From the IMG/VR virus record IMGVR_UViG_3300021400_000046, positions 32,001-96,000 of that record: a stretch of DNA of 64,000 nucleotides. The stretch is one strand, 5' to 3'. How positions within the stretch are numbered: position 1 is the first letter of the stretch; the number at the start of each line of letters is the position of its first letter. The stretch is from a virus. Lineage: Duplodnaviria > Caudoviricetes. Both the position numbers and the translations under genes were made by a program. Shown here one piece after another: positions 21,401 through 32,500 of the stretch. The notes beneath the pieces are model-generated. The model was not told the origin of the DNA. It did not search any database and was given only the letters and a program-made list of their open reading frames with translations.

Positions 21401-22109
21401 AACAGGTGAAATGGAGGAAGCATACGGCGTAATTGCTGATACCCTTGTTGGAAATTTGGTTCTTTCTGAAAAGGTTGGTATCTATAATCAGAAGAATAGT
21501 ATTACACTTGATGATAACGGCGTTACTATTACAGCAGATGGTATTAATACTGGTGAAAATCAAATTGTTTTTACAATTCAGAAAAGAGAACTAAATGGAG
21601 ACGGGGATGAAATCATTTCGCGTTCAATGTACATTGATGCAAATGGTAATCTCGTTTTGAATGGCTCTATTCGGATTAACTCTGCGGCAGATCAAGGCAT
21701 CTCTACATTGGACGAACTTACTGATGCAAGTAGATATACGGAAGAATTTTCCCAGATAGTTTACAATGAATTACATGGTGAAAACGGTGTCTATAACAGT
21801 TTAGATGAAATGGCTGCTGAACAACGAAATTATACTGATGAACAATTAAATGGTTATAAGGCAGATGTTGGTCAGTATTTAAGATTTGATGAAAATGGTT
21901 TAACACTTGGAGCATTGAACAGTAATTTTAGTACGGTTATTGATAATCAGCGGCTTGCGTTTATGGATGGCAATAGCGTCGCTGCTTATATCAGTAACAA
22001 TCAATTGTATATTCCAAATGCTGTTATTCAAAGTACATTATCTATTGGTAACTTTTATTTCTTGCCAAGAGATGATGGCGGCGTATCTTTGATATGGGGT
22101 AATGATTAG
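18432..22109 (+). CDS. Tail spike / Tal-like baseplate hub protein
   Basis: 1225 aa after Dit; EAELSQ, VGNWIRI...LRIIEY and GVIADTLVG motifs. Confidence 0.75.
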   Translation: MSIRIKFDSTHNAELPTFVLATRSGRLLGKIPLTSPTFKDTLNAASSAVFTVYKSDCISSIKETDRVQVNPISLHAIVNSISSRTRAGQLNQVDLLSIRNYFSTPETINDLNIRVVSNQNSRQYNQDQLDYIYDTIQQTFTVTYNNLEILFVDADGYVFINNASTLGLSNDDSYLITMSFTVPAISKALDFWEQIKDFKLVWAREWNKWFEAYVEISESDSTMKSVTLTSLGEAELSQINLYNIEINTEDDIDRDDYVVTTLFNETNPKGSLLNRIMEKAPHYTIAHVDSTIAGIQRTFSFNGKSIYDAFKEISDEEDILFQIDCYTNSDGDLVREINVYDLESNCLDCGHRGEFVDKCEECGSINIKSGYGEDTTIIVSVENLADNIKFSTDNGSVKNCFRLEAGDDLMSATIANCNPNGSRYIWYISDEVKSDMSDELVQKLEEYDELYRYYQKEYEVVIDADLLERYNALVDKYSVFSDDYSHLPDTITGFPALMQAYYDTIDFFLFLNDTLMPSVEISRTTAALQAAELNTLNLSPVAVQKLENCSVSTASSAVLAMAKTIIDPRYQVKIKDSSFAENTWVGTFTVTNYSDEEDTSTTNQVYVSINDDYEKFVKQKIDKILNKQSEEVTDIIGLFKLSLENFKIELKRYSLSRLTSFYDCCQSCLDILIEQGIADRETWADHDPDMYRDLYVPYYQKLNAIQDEIKVREEEIEVIAGVYDSDGDLATHGVQTFLGEIRNAIQDTLNFEKYLGEELWLQFVSYRREDTYSNSNYISDGLNNSELFENALDFIEVATKEIYKSATLQHSITASLKNLLVMKEFEPLLDMFEVGNWIRIKVDGKVYKLRIIEYEINYDDLQQLNIRFSDVKMAQGTETDIESVIQQAASMATSYDAVIRQASNGQKGNDRLNDWVNKGLALTKMKIIDSADNQNITWDSHGLLCKEYLPITDTYDDKQLKIINKGLFLTDDNWQTSKAGIGNFAFYNPETGEMEEAYGVIADTLVGNLVLSEKVGIYNQKNSITLDDNGVTITADGINTGENQIVFTIQKRELNGDGDEIISRSMYIDANGNLVLNGSIRINSAADQGISTLDELTDASRYTEEFSQIVYNELHGENGVYNSLDEMAAEQRNYTDEQLNGYKADVGQYLRFDENGLTLGALNSNFSTVIDNQRLAFMDGNSVAAYISNNQLYIPNAVIQSTLSIGNFYFLPRDDGGVSLIWGND

Positions 22110-22126
22110 GATAGGAGGTGTAATAT

Positions 22127-23638
22127 ATGGCATTGAGCGGAAGTTTATATAGTTCTACTTGGACTGGTGAAACTTATTGGGGAAGATTGTATTTTTATTG
22201 GACAGCAACTCAGAACGTTGCCAATAATACATCTACTATCTCATGGAGCATTTCTGCAAATGTTGGTAAGAATAGTGGCGGTAATAGTGGTTGGATTACA
22301 TTTAGCGAACTAAGTGTAAAGATTAACAATGAGTCTGTATATTATAGAAGTGCATCTAATCATACAAATTGTAGTAATGGCACGTCGTTGGCAAGTGGCA
22401 CAAAAACACTAACGCATAATTCAGATGGTACTTGTACTTTTTCTGTTAGTATTGGTGCTGGTATTTATAATTATTCAATTAATAAAACTGGTAGTTCTAC
22501 TTTTACCCTAAACACGATTGCTCGTGCATCATCAATTGATGCTGCATGGGATGGCGTTCTTGGTGGGACTTGCGGAATAAAATGGACTCCGGCATCATCT
22601 TCATTCAAATTCAAACTGAAATTTGTTCTTGGTAATTGGAACTACACAACGGGAATTATTTCTCCAAATACAACATCACAATATTTGTATAACAGTTATA
22701 CAATTTCTTTAGAAGCAGCAAATCAGATACCGAATGCAACATCCGGTACAATGACAGTTTATCTATATACTTACTCTGATAATGGTAGTACGCAAATCGG
22801 ATCAACGGCAAGTAAAACATTTTCTGTTGCTGTTCCTTCCTCTGTGATCCCAACAATATCAAGAGTCAATGCCTCTATTGTCAATTCAAATTCTGTTGTT
22901 AATGGATGGGGTGTTGCCGTAGCTGGATATACAAAGGTTAAGGTTGAAGCAACGGCAAGCGGCGCTTATAGCTCAACAATCAAAAGTTTTTATGTCGGTG
23001 GTTACAATGTAACAAAAACGGGAACTTCCTTATCGTTTACAGGTGATGTAATTACCAAATCGGGGAACCATGTATTTGATGTTGTGGCAACGGATAGCCG
23101 TGGGCGAAAATCAACACAGGTATTATCAAGTCAGATCTATTTTTACCCATATTCAAAACCAACTGTTTCCGCATTTTCTGTTGCCAGAAGTTCATCGAAT
23201 GCTCAACAGATTGTTGTTAAGGCAAATTGGAGTTATGCAAGCGTAAATAGCAAAAATAGCGCGACGGCGAAATTGTATTATAAGAGATCAACTGCTTCAT
23301 CGTGGACACAATATGGTGATATTACTTCTTCAAAGAACACAAACATTACTTTGAGCGGAGTGACATTTAACGAAGCATATTCTTATAATTTCAAAGTTGT
23401 TGTTACAGATGCTCTAAGTAATAAGGCGCAAGAAGAAGCATTTGTTTCTACAATTGAGGTATTGATGGATTTCCGAGCTGGTGGTAAAGGGCTTGGCATT
23501 GGTAAAATTGCTGAGACAGATAATCTTGAAGTTGCTCTTAATTCAGTCTTTATTGGAGATGTTTACATTAAAGTTGGGAACACAAATGTACCATTGGTTA
23601 CTTATATTAAAAATGCTGTAAATGGAGATTACGATTAA
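22127..23638 (+). CDS. DUF859-like minor structural / baseplate protein
   Basis: MALSGS...QNVANNTSTI, TLNTIARAS, TDSRGR and GLGIGK motifs; Ser/Thr-rich beta domains. Confidence 0.75.
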   Translation: MALSGSLYSSTWTGETYWGRLYFYWTATQNVANNTSTISWSISANVGKNSGGNSGWITFSELSVKINNESVYYRSASNHTNCSNGTSLASGTKTLTHNSDGTCTFSVSIGAGIYNYSINKTGSSTFTLNTIARASSIDAAWDGVLGGTCGIKWTPASSSFKFKLKFVLGNWNYTTGIISPNTTSQYLYNSYTISLEAANQIPNATSGTMTVYLYTYSDNGSTQIGSTASKTFSVAVPSSVIPTISRVNASIVNSNSVVNGWGVAVAGYTKVKVEATASGAYSSTIKSFYVGGYNVTKTGTSLSFTGDVITKSGNHVFDVVATDSRGRKSTQVLSSQIYFYPYSKPTVSAFSVARSSSNAQQIVVKANWSYASVNSKNSATAKLYYKRSTASSWTQYGDITSSKNTNITLSGVTFNEAYSYNFKVVVTDALSNKAQEEAFVSTIEVLMDFRAGGKGLGIGKIAETDNLEVALNSVFIGDVYIKVGNTNVPLVTYIKNAVNGDYD

Positions 23639-23665
23639 AAAAGCAACCATTTTCGGTTGCTTTTT
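23638..23665. terminator. Bidirectional terminator
   Basis: AAAAAGCAACC-ATTTTC-GGTTGCTTTTT. Confidence 0.75.
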
Positions 23666-23706
23666 GAAAAAACAATCGTTTTTAGTTGCGATTTTAGGAG
23701 ATAGGT

Positions 23707-23913
23707 ATGGAAAATGAGATTAGAAAACCGTTATCAGTAGCAAAAGAGGAATTTGTTAATGCATTAACTGATATGATTAACAATTCTGCTTTGCCTCGTT
23801 TTATTATTGAAAGCGTACTAAAAGATATGTATGCTGATATGAAAGTCATTGCAAGAAAAGAGTATGAAATTGATAAGAGACGCTATGAGGATTCATTAAA
23901 GAATAACGAATAA
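23707..23913 (+). CDS. Small conserved phage protein
   Basis: AGGAG RBS; KPLSV...INNSALP motif. Confidence 0.65.
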   Translation: MENEIRKPLSVAKEEFVNALTDMINNSALPRFIIESVLKDMYADMKVIARKEYEIDKRRYEDSLKNNE

Positions 23914-23932
23914 ATGATTGGTGGCGATATTT

Positions 23933-24313
23933 ATGACAGAAAAGAAATATCGTCAAGAGTTAGAGAAAGCAAAGAGAAGAAATGTTGTAAAAGAGTATAA
24001 GCAAGAAATAAGAAAAGAGAAGATGAAGTATCGTGTGGTTCATCATATTGAGACAAGTAAACTGTTTGCTGGTTATTTGTTCGCACTGATGAACGCTATT
24101 ATTGTTTATGCTATGGTTGCAATGTGGAAGTTTGCCGATTTGTCTTACCTCGGTGTGCTTATCACAGATATTGCGGCTCAAATTCTCGTATATGCTATTT
24201 ACTGTCTGAAGGCGTACAAAGGTAAAAACGCAGAAGAAGAAATGAAATTCAAGCGTGAAACGATGCTGATTGATAATAATGTAAATGCCGATACCGAAGA
24301 TGGTATTGGCTAA
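23933..24313 (+). CDS. Membrane protein, holin-like
   Basis: Two hydrophobic helices; in the lysis cassette. Confidence 0.6.
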   Translation: MTEKKYRQELEKAKRRNVVKEYKQEIRKEKMKYRVVHHIETSKLFAGYLFALMNAIIVYAMVAMWKFADLSYLGVLITDIAAQILVYAIYCLKAYKGKNAEEEMKFKRETMLIDNNVNADTEDGIG

Positions 24314-24333
24314 TTTTATATTTGGAGGTAATT

Positions 24334-24720
24334 ATGTTGGACGGCCTGAAAAACTTTTTATCTTTTATGAATGATAACTGGACAACTATCGTTGTTATTA
24401 TTTCTTTGCTCATTGCTCTTTATCAGAAGATTCGATCTTTTATTTCTAAATCAAATGAGGAAAAGATTGCCTCTGCGAAAGCGCAGATTAAAGAAATTGT
24501 GTTGAAACTTATTACTGACGCAGAAATTGATTATGAGCATTGGAATAAAACAGGCTCTATTAAACGTTCACAAGTCATTCAGAAAATTTTTGAGGAATAT
24601 CCAATCTTGGCTAAAGCGGTTGACCAGAAAGCCGTTATTGCCTGGATTGATGAATTTATTGATGAATCCTTAAAAGAATTAAGAAAAGTTCTCGCTGAAG
24701 GAGAGAATGTACAAGAATAA
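24334..24720 (+). CDS. Putative holin (single N-terminal TM helix)
   Basis: GGAGG RBS; TM helix then AEIDY...GSIKRSQV; upstream of endolysin. Confidence 0.6.
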   Translation: MLDGLKNFLSFMNDNWTTIVVIISLLIALYQKIRSFISKSNEEKIASAKAQIKEIVLKLITDAEIDYEHWNKTGSIKRSQVIQKIFEEYPILAKAVDQKAVIAWIDEFIDESLKELRKVLAEGENVQE

Positions 24721-24730
24721 ACTATTTTGG

Positions 24731-24760
24731 ATGGGCGGCTGAGAGGCCGTCCATTTTTAT
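24731..24760 (+). terminator. Hairpin with T-tract before the endolysin gene
   Basis: ATGGGCGGCT-GAGA-GGCCGTCCAT then TTTT. Confidence 0.55.
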
Positions 24761-24777
24761 ATTTGGAGGTTATTCAA

Positions 24778-25953
24778 ATGAAATATAATGAAAACAATAA
24801 GCCTATGGTTTGTATGTTGACGCAAAGCACCTGTTATAAAGGTACAAGTATTGGTAGACCTGTTGGTGTTCTTTGGCATGATACAGCCGGTGGGAATCCA
24901 TATTTGAAACGCTATGTACAGCCAAGTGACAATGATCCGAATAAGGCGAAACTATTACAGTTACTTGGTAAAAATCAATATAATAACGACTTTAACCATA
25001 TTTACCGTCAGGCTGGACTTAATGCGTGGATTGGTAAACTTGCTGATGGAACTATTACAACTGTTCAGACTATGCCGTGGAATTATCGCCCATGGGGTTG
25101 CGGCGGTGGAAGTAAAGGTAGTTGTAACGGAAGTGCAAGCGTATCTAATTCGCCATTTTGGATTCAGTTTGAAATCTGTGACGATGGTTATAAAGATGAA
25201 AACTATTTCAAGAAGGTGTACAAAGAGGCTTGTGAGTTTACTGCTTATATTTGCAAGATGTTTAACATTGACCCCAAAGGTTACTATACTTACAATGGAG
25301 TAAAGGTTCCTACTATCCTTTGTCATAAAGATAGTCACGATCTTGGGCTTGGTTCAAATCATGGCGACGTTTATTTGTGGTTTAAGGCATTCAAGAACTG
25401 CAAAAAGACTATGAATGATGTGCGTAATGATGTTTCTGCTTTGATGGCAGATGGTGCTACCGCTTCTGATCCTGCACCAAGTAATCCCGCTCCGGCTCCG
25501 AGCAATCCTTCTCCGGCTACAAGTGAAATCAAAGTTGGTTCTCTTGTGAAGATTGCAAGTAATGCTACATACTATTCTGGTAAAACAATCCCTGATTGGG
25601 TAAAGGCGAAAAATTGGTACGTTAAATCAATGAGTGGAGATCGTGTTGTTATTGACAAATCAGAAGATGGTAAAACTTCTATTATGAGTCCTGTTAATAA
25701 GAAATATCTTTCTGTTGTTGGTGCAACCACGGCTCCATCTCCAAATACTTTTGAACCGTACAGGATTAGAGTAACTGCAAACGTATTGAATATCCGTAAA
25801 GGTGCTGGAACAAATTATTCTGTTGTTGGCTCAATTAAAAAGGGCGGTGTTTATACGATGGTTGATGAAGCGGCTGGTGCTGGCGCTACTAAGTGGGGCA
25901 AATTAAAATCCGGTGCTGGCTGGATTAGCCTGGATTATGTCGAAAAGGTATAA
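24778..25953 (+). CDS. Endolysin: N-acetylmuramoyl-L-alanine amidase with SH3-type cell-wall binding domains
   Basis: WHDTA, FEIC and ILCH...SNHGD Zn-amidase motifs; Pro-rich linker; LNIRKGAGTNY...GWISLDY SH3b; GGAGG RBS before ATG 24778. Confidence 0.88.
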   Translation: MKYNENNKPMVCMLTQSTCYKGTSIGRPVGVLWHDTAGGNPYLKRYVQPSDNDPNKAKLLQLLGKNQYNNDFNHIYRQAGLNAWIGKLADGTITTVQTMPWNYRPWGCGGGSKGSCNGSASVSNSPFWIQFEICDDGYKDENYFKKVYKEACEFTAYICKMFNIDPKGYYTYNGVKVPTILCHKDSHDLGLGSNHGDVYLWFKAFKNCKKTMNDVRNDVSALMADGATASDPAPSNPAPAPSNPSPATSEIKVGSLVKIASNATYYSGKTIPDWVKAKNWYVKSMSGDRVVIDKSEDGKTSIMSPVNKKYLSVVGATTAPSPNTFEPYRIRVTANVLNIRKGAGTNYSVVGSIKKGGVYTMVDEAAGAGATKWGKLKSGAGWISLDYVEKV

Positions 25954-25965
25954 GGAGAAAATAGA

Positions 25966-26424
25966 ATGGATAACCAATCTGCTATTGATACGTTATCCAG
26001 TATTTCGGTAGGACAGATAATTGCATGGTTCTCTGTGATAAGTGCTATTATTACTGCTATCTGTACTGGAACAATTAAACTTTATAAGGTGTTTACAAAG
26101 TACAGAGAAGCGAAAGATAAGAATGAGAAACAAGAAAAAATTATTGAAAGTCATGAAACAACTTTGAAAGAGATAGACAAAACTCTACAAGAAATCAAGA
26201 AATCCCTTGAAGAACAAAAAGACGTTAATTTGAAACAAGTTCGGCACACTATTGTACATACGTGTGAGGACGCATTGGATCGCGGCGAAATTTCAATCAA
26301 TAAACTCAGATCACTTGAAGAAATGTACGAAGAATACATTGACATATTCCACGGAAACGGATATGTAAAAACACTTGTAGAAAAGGTACGGCAACTCAAA
26401 GTTGTTGGGAAAGTGGACGATTAA
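25966..26424 (+). CDS. Holin-like / lysis accessory membrane protein
   Basis: N-terminal TM helix, coiled coil, YEEY...GNG motif. Confidence 0.6.
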   Translation: MDNQSAIDTLSSISVGQIIAWFSVISAIITAICTGTIKLYKVFTKYREAKDKNEKQEKIIESHETTLKEIDKTLQEIKKSLEEQKDVNLKQVRHTIVHTCEDALDRGEISINKLRSLEEMYEEYIDIFHGNGYVKTLVEKVRQLKVVGKVDD

Positions 26425-26452
26425 ATAAAATCATGGTTTTATTAGCATTTTA

Positions 26453-26500
26453 ATTCAATATATTGTGGTGTTAAGAAACATCTTACACTATATATAGTGG
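26453..26500. promoter_or_regulatory. Tandem NrdR-box-like operators
   Basis: attCAATATATTGtgg (26453-26468) and acaCTATATATAGtgg (26485-26500); cores 32 bp apart. Confidence 0.6.
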
Positions 26501-26565
26501 TATTTCGTGGCGGCTTGCAACTATTGGTTGTTTTGTCGCCACATTATTGTATTTGGAGGAGTTAC

Positions 26566-29500
26566 ATGGATATATTAGTTAATGTTGCGAACCAAAAACT
26601 TAAAATCGCAACAAATCTAAAAAGCCTGGTCGCCGGAACACAGGAATTTGTGCGTTTCGTGTTTAACTTAAACGGTGATTGGGATGGCCTTATGACTTTT
26701 GCGCAATTCAGACAAAATGGTGTTGCATACAATCAGTATTTGGATGAAAACAATAGCGCATACCTCCCGTCAGAGATTGGTGTAGGTACTTGTACTCTTA
26801 TGCTTTATGGTAGCAATCAGAATACGATTGCTACGACAAACTATCTTACTTTGACGGTGGATGAAAATATTTTAGTCTCTGACGCACAAAGTACAGAGAT
26901 TTCACAATCTCTTTATCAGCAGCTCGTTACCCGCGTTAATACGCTTCTTACATGGAACGAACAAAACGCGGCAGATTTGAATGCTGTTGACAGAGATTTA
27001 CAACAACAGATTAACACGAAGGCTGCTGCTTCTGATCTTACAACTGAAATTGCTCGTGCAAAGGCTGCTGAAAAATCCAATGCCGATGCGATTGCTACAA
27101 AGGCTTCACAGTCAGAAGTCGATCAGCTTTCTATTAAAGTTACACAGCTTGAAAGTAATGAAGTCGTTGCGAACTTAATTCAGCAGGCCGTTGAGAATGA
27201 GATTGAAACCTATCTAAACAATGGTACTCTCGCAAGTATGACCATTGGAGATGGAAGTATTGCTCGTGCAAAGGTTAATTCTGATTTTGAAGCTACACTT
27301 ACGAAAGCTGACACTGCAATGCAGCCAAGCGTATATGACCCACAGAATTTAAGAGTTGATGTTTTCTCTTACGCACAAGGTAGAGCTGATATGGTGCAGT
27401 TAAATGTCAACAATGTTGTCAATGAAATTCGTGGTGCATATTCTTTGACTGACACTATTTCATATACAAATCTTGGCGACGCTTTACGCGGGGCTGTTAC
27501 ACTTTCAAGAAATTATGCCCAAGCACTGCTTGCTGATTATAAGGCATTTACAATTTCGATTGTTGACGATCTTCCTCTTGTTGGTAATTCGCAGACATTC
27601 TACCTTGTTCCAAAAGATAGCGGTACTGGCTATGATAAATACTGGTATATCACAGACAGTAACGGTGATGCGGTTTGGGACGTTTTCGGTGGTTCATCTA
27701 CTGTTGTTGTAACAGAGTTGCCGGTGACTGGCGAAGAAGATGTTGATTATATTCTAAGATCATCTTCTGGATGCTTGTACTACAAGTGGATTGATGGTGT
27801 GTGGCAAGTTGTCGCTGGCTCAATTGCATCTGTTATCAGTTCATTACCGGCAACTGGTAATGAATTTACCGACTACTATCTTCTTACAGAGAATGGCGTT
27901 TATGTCCATTATCGGTATATCAATGGTCATTTTCATAGTATTGGTACGGAAACGTATACATCTGATGAACTCGACACGATGCTTGCCGGACTTAGGGAAG
28001 ATATTGATAGAAATGAACAATCTATCGAAACAAATACAACAAATATTGCATCTTTGAGCCGGACAGTAGATCGTTTGCGCAGTGACTTAGACGAAATTGA
28101 TACAGAGGGATATACTTACTATCACACTATTACAACGGATGATAATAACAACAAAGTATTAACCTTATGGCAAGTACATGGTTCTGACGAGGAAATTGCA
28201 AGCCAAACAATTTTGCCTGCAACTGGCGGTGGTGGCGGCTCAACGCCATCAACTTCTACAACTCTTACCGTAGATAGAGTTACACCGTCTCCGCTTATTA
28301 TTACGACAACGGATTCAGCTAATATTACTATTGATTTCTCGTCTGTTGATGGTGATGGAGAAACTGTTGACGGTGTTTACACTTGGAAAAGTGGCAGTAA
28401 TGTAATTATGAGCGGCACACTTGTCCAGGGTAGAAACACTTTTGATCTTTCTCAATATGTTTCTGTTGGTACTCAGAAATTCACACTGATTGTTACAGAT
28501 GAAGGCGGTTCAACTGTTGTTAAATCTTGGACTGTGCAAAAGGTTGATGTACGCATTGAATCATCATTCAGTGACCGCTATACTACGGCGATTGGTAGAA
28601 GTGTATCTTTTACTTATACACCTTATGGTGCAGTAAATAAGACAGTACACTTCAAACTGGATGGCGTTGAAACTACTACAACAACGTCTGCGTCTGGTAC
28701 ATTACAATCATACACAATTACACCGCAAACTCATGGATCACATTTGCTTGAAGTTTGGATTACTGCTACTATCAATAATACTTCTGTTGAAACGAACCAT
28801 ATTTACAAGGACATTATTTGGTATGACTCAGAAGAAGATGATGCTGTTATTGGTTGTATTTATAGATACGATTATTACGGTACTGTAACGGCGCGGCAGT
28901 ATGATACTACTTCAATCGTATATAACGTGTTTGATCCAACAACAAGCTATCCAGTTGTAAAGCGTTATATTGATGATGTTCTTATTGATACTTCTACCTT
29001 AACAACTTCTAATAACACATGGAATTATAAGTCTGATACCATTGGCACTCATACGTTGAAAATTGTTTGCCGTAATACTATTGTCACAATCGAAATGAAT
29101 ATCGTTGAGCTTGGTATTGATGTTTCTCCTATTACGGGTGGATTGGAACTTGATTTTAACCCTACTGGTATAACAAATAGTTCTGATAATAGGTTGTGGT
29201 CGAATGAAAACTATCACATGAGTGTTTCAAACAATTTCGATTGGGCGAATGGTGGTTATAAGACTGATGAAAATGGGCATTCATATTTCCTTATTAAAGC
29301 TGGTACAAGAGCTACATTTGACTATAAGATGTTCTCTGGCGGCATTGATGGAAACCCAAGTGTTGTTGGCGCAGAAATGAAAATTATCTTCAAGACTGAG
29401 AATGTGCAAGACGCTAATGCTGTGTGGCTAACAAATGTCGAAACTACTACAACGGATGTTGAAGGTCAAACAACAACTACTAATGTTGGCATTCAAATGA

Positions 29501-32500
29501 GCGTCCATAACGGGTGGCTGAAAACAAATAATGCTTCTGATACAGACGTTGAAGAAGGCGAAGGCGACGATTCCGAAACTGTTGCCGCCACGAATACGTA
29601 TTTGTATATGCCATACTCAGAAGAAGATATTATTGAAATGGACATCAATGTTGATACTCTTAGTAGAGAAGATGAAACAGCCAAAGCGTTTGTTATGGCT
29701 TATGAAGATGGTGTTCCAAGCAAGGCTTATGTTTATGATAGTGGTGACAGATTCTATCAATACGATCCAAAGAATCTTGTGATTGGTTCTGATTATTGTG
29801 ATGTTAGGATTTATCGCTTGAAATTCTATTCTACCTCACTTAACACAAATGGCATTATGAGAAACTTTATTGCGGATGCTCGTGATTCTACCGAAATGCT
29901 TGACAGATATGACCGCAATAGTATTTATTACAATCGTGAAACGAATAAGTACACGCCGTATAGTGGTGAGGGAGTTCTTGACCCGGAGCGTTTGGCTCCC
30001 GTTGTCCCAAATGTCAAGATTTTGATGCTCGACACAGACCATTTTACAACTTCAAAGAAAACCTTTGTCAAGTCTACACTTAGATGCATTCATGCTCCTG
30101 GCGGCGATTTATATGAAGGTGATCCGTATTACGATAACTGGCTATTTGAAAATGGGTATCATGCTGGGCAGGGTACGACCTCTGACAACTATGGTAATGC
30201 CGGACGAAATGTTGACTTTTTGTTTAATGCAGACGGAACACATAAACCAAGCGATAAGGTTGATGCAGAAGCAGGATATGTTTCACAGGTCACTCTTGGT
30301 TATAATACAGAGAATGCTACAACTGAACGGGTTACAGACTGGAAGGGAGATTCTGGCAAGATCACTCTTACAAGAGGTTCCATTCCTAACAACTTCTTCA
30401 ACTTAAAAGTTAATATCGCTTCTTCTGAAAATGTGAACAATGCTCTTTTGCAAAAACGATACAACGATTATCTCCCATACATCTCTCCTGCAAAGCGTCG
30501 TGATCCACGGACAAAGAATGATATGGAGTTTGTTCCAGCTATCCTATTTATCCGAGAAAACAATCCTGATGTTACAACTCATAATGAGTTCCTTGATACC
30601 GAATGGCATTTCTATGCTTTGGGTAATATTGGTGACTCTAAAAAGACGGACTATACAAGAGCGTATGACCCGACTGATATGAATGAGTTTACCATTGAGA
30701 TTTCTGATAACACAAAGAACAATGCTACATTCCAAACTGGTGTTTATCTTGACGGTAATAACCAGCGCCAGATCGAAACATTTACAATTGCAGATGATGG
30801 TTCTCCTGTTTCTGTTGAAAAGCCGAGCGCATTCGTGTACCCTATAACACTTTCTGAATGGAATGACTCACGGAATATGCGTCGGTGGGCGCTATACAAT
30901 GAGGATTTCGATGGCGACCATTCATTTGAACCTCGTTATGCTTGCTGCGGTGATTATCGTGATGGTAAACTTGTTAATGATACAAGTGGCAGAGGTAAAG
31001 CACAGGTTAAGATTAACAACGATGTTTGGAGAGCATTCTACCGTTGGGTTGTTACTTCAACGGATCAGGAATTTGTTGATGAACTTGCCGAATGGGTTGT
31101 CCCAGAGGCGATGGAGTTTTTCTATGCGTTTACCCATAATTACACGATGATGGATAACCGTGCGAAAAATACATTCTGGCATTTTGCGAAAACTGGTACT
31201 TACCGTAAAATGTCTAAGCCTGTAAAAGAATTGCTGCACGTTTACTGTGAGTTAATTGACGATGAATATGTGCTTACAGAGGACACAGAAATTGATAGCA
31301 ATAAGACCTATTATTCTCAGTATGCGTTTGATCTCTGGTGCTATGATACTGACACTGGACTTGGCATTAATAACAATGGCGAGCTTGTTTTCCCGTATGG
31401 TAAGGAAGATACGGACTATAACATCGAAGGTAATCCTTCTTCTGGTTATGTTTTTAACGGTGCAACTTCTGTGTTCTGGTGCAGACTTAGGGATTTACTT
31501 CCTGGCGAAATCAGAACGATGTTTAATACGACTGTTGCCGCTGATTGCTTTAGTTCTACAAGCCTTATCAACCAATTCGATGCATTCCAAGAATGTTTCC
31601 CAGAAGAAATTTGGCGGCTTGATATTCAGAGAAAATATATCCGCACATTCACCGGTGAGTCTATTGATAATTCAAAACCAAAGCATGACGTGCAATATTT
31701 GCGAGACATGATGCAGGGAAGAAAGAAATATCAGCGTAGACAGTGGACACGCGATCAGGAGATTTACTTCGGCACAAAGAACCTAATGAATACAGTTGTT
31801 GGTGACGATAACCGTATTACTTTCAGATGCTTTACGCCTACTGGTGATGATATTGTTGTCCCGCCTGATTATACACTGCGTATTAAGCCATATTCTGATA
31901 TGTACCTTTCTGTTATGTTTGGTAATGGTGGTACGCAGCAAGTCAGAGCAAAGGCCGGAGTAGAATACACGATTGAATGCCCATTAAGCACGATGGATGA
32001 TACTCAGGTTACGATTTATGGCGCAAATAGAATCCAGGAATTAAGTGATCTTTCAGCTTGTTATATTGCAGCCAATAACTTCTCTATGGCTACAAAATTA
32101 AGAAAATTGGTGCTTGGCAATACTACTGAAGGATATAACAACTCTCGTCTTGTTTCTCTTACACTTGGTAACAACAAACTTTTAGAGGAACTTGATATTC
32201 GTAACTGTGCGAATTTGACTGGTTCTCTTAACCTATCACAATCAAGCAATCTTTTAAGGTTATATGCCGAAGGCACAAGAATTACCGGCGTTACTTTTGC
32301 GACTAACGGCAAGGTGCAGCTTGCTCATTTGCCAAATACTATCAATACATTGATTATGAGAAATCTGAACGATCTCGTTGATTTCGATGCAAACTTAAAT
32401 CGTCTTGAAACCCTTACATTACAAGGTGGTACACTTAACAGTCTTGACGTTGTTACTGATTCAATTAATACATTACAAGTGCTTTATTTGTATGATATTG

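Noticed and set aside
22127-23638. Second DGR target among the tail genes
   Set aside because: No further TR-like copy was found by eye in this window; remote targets outside the window cannot be excluded
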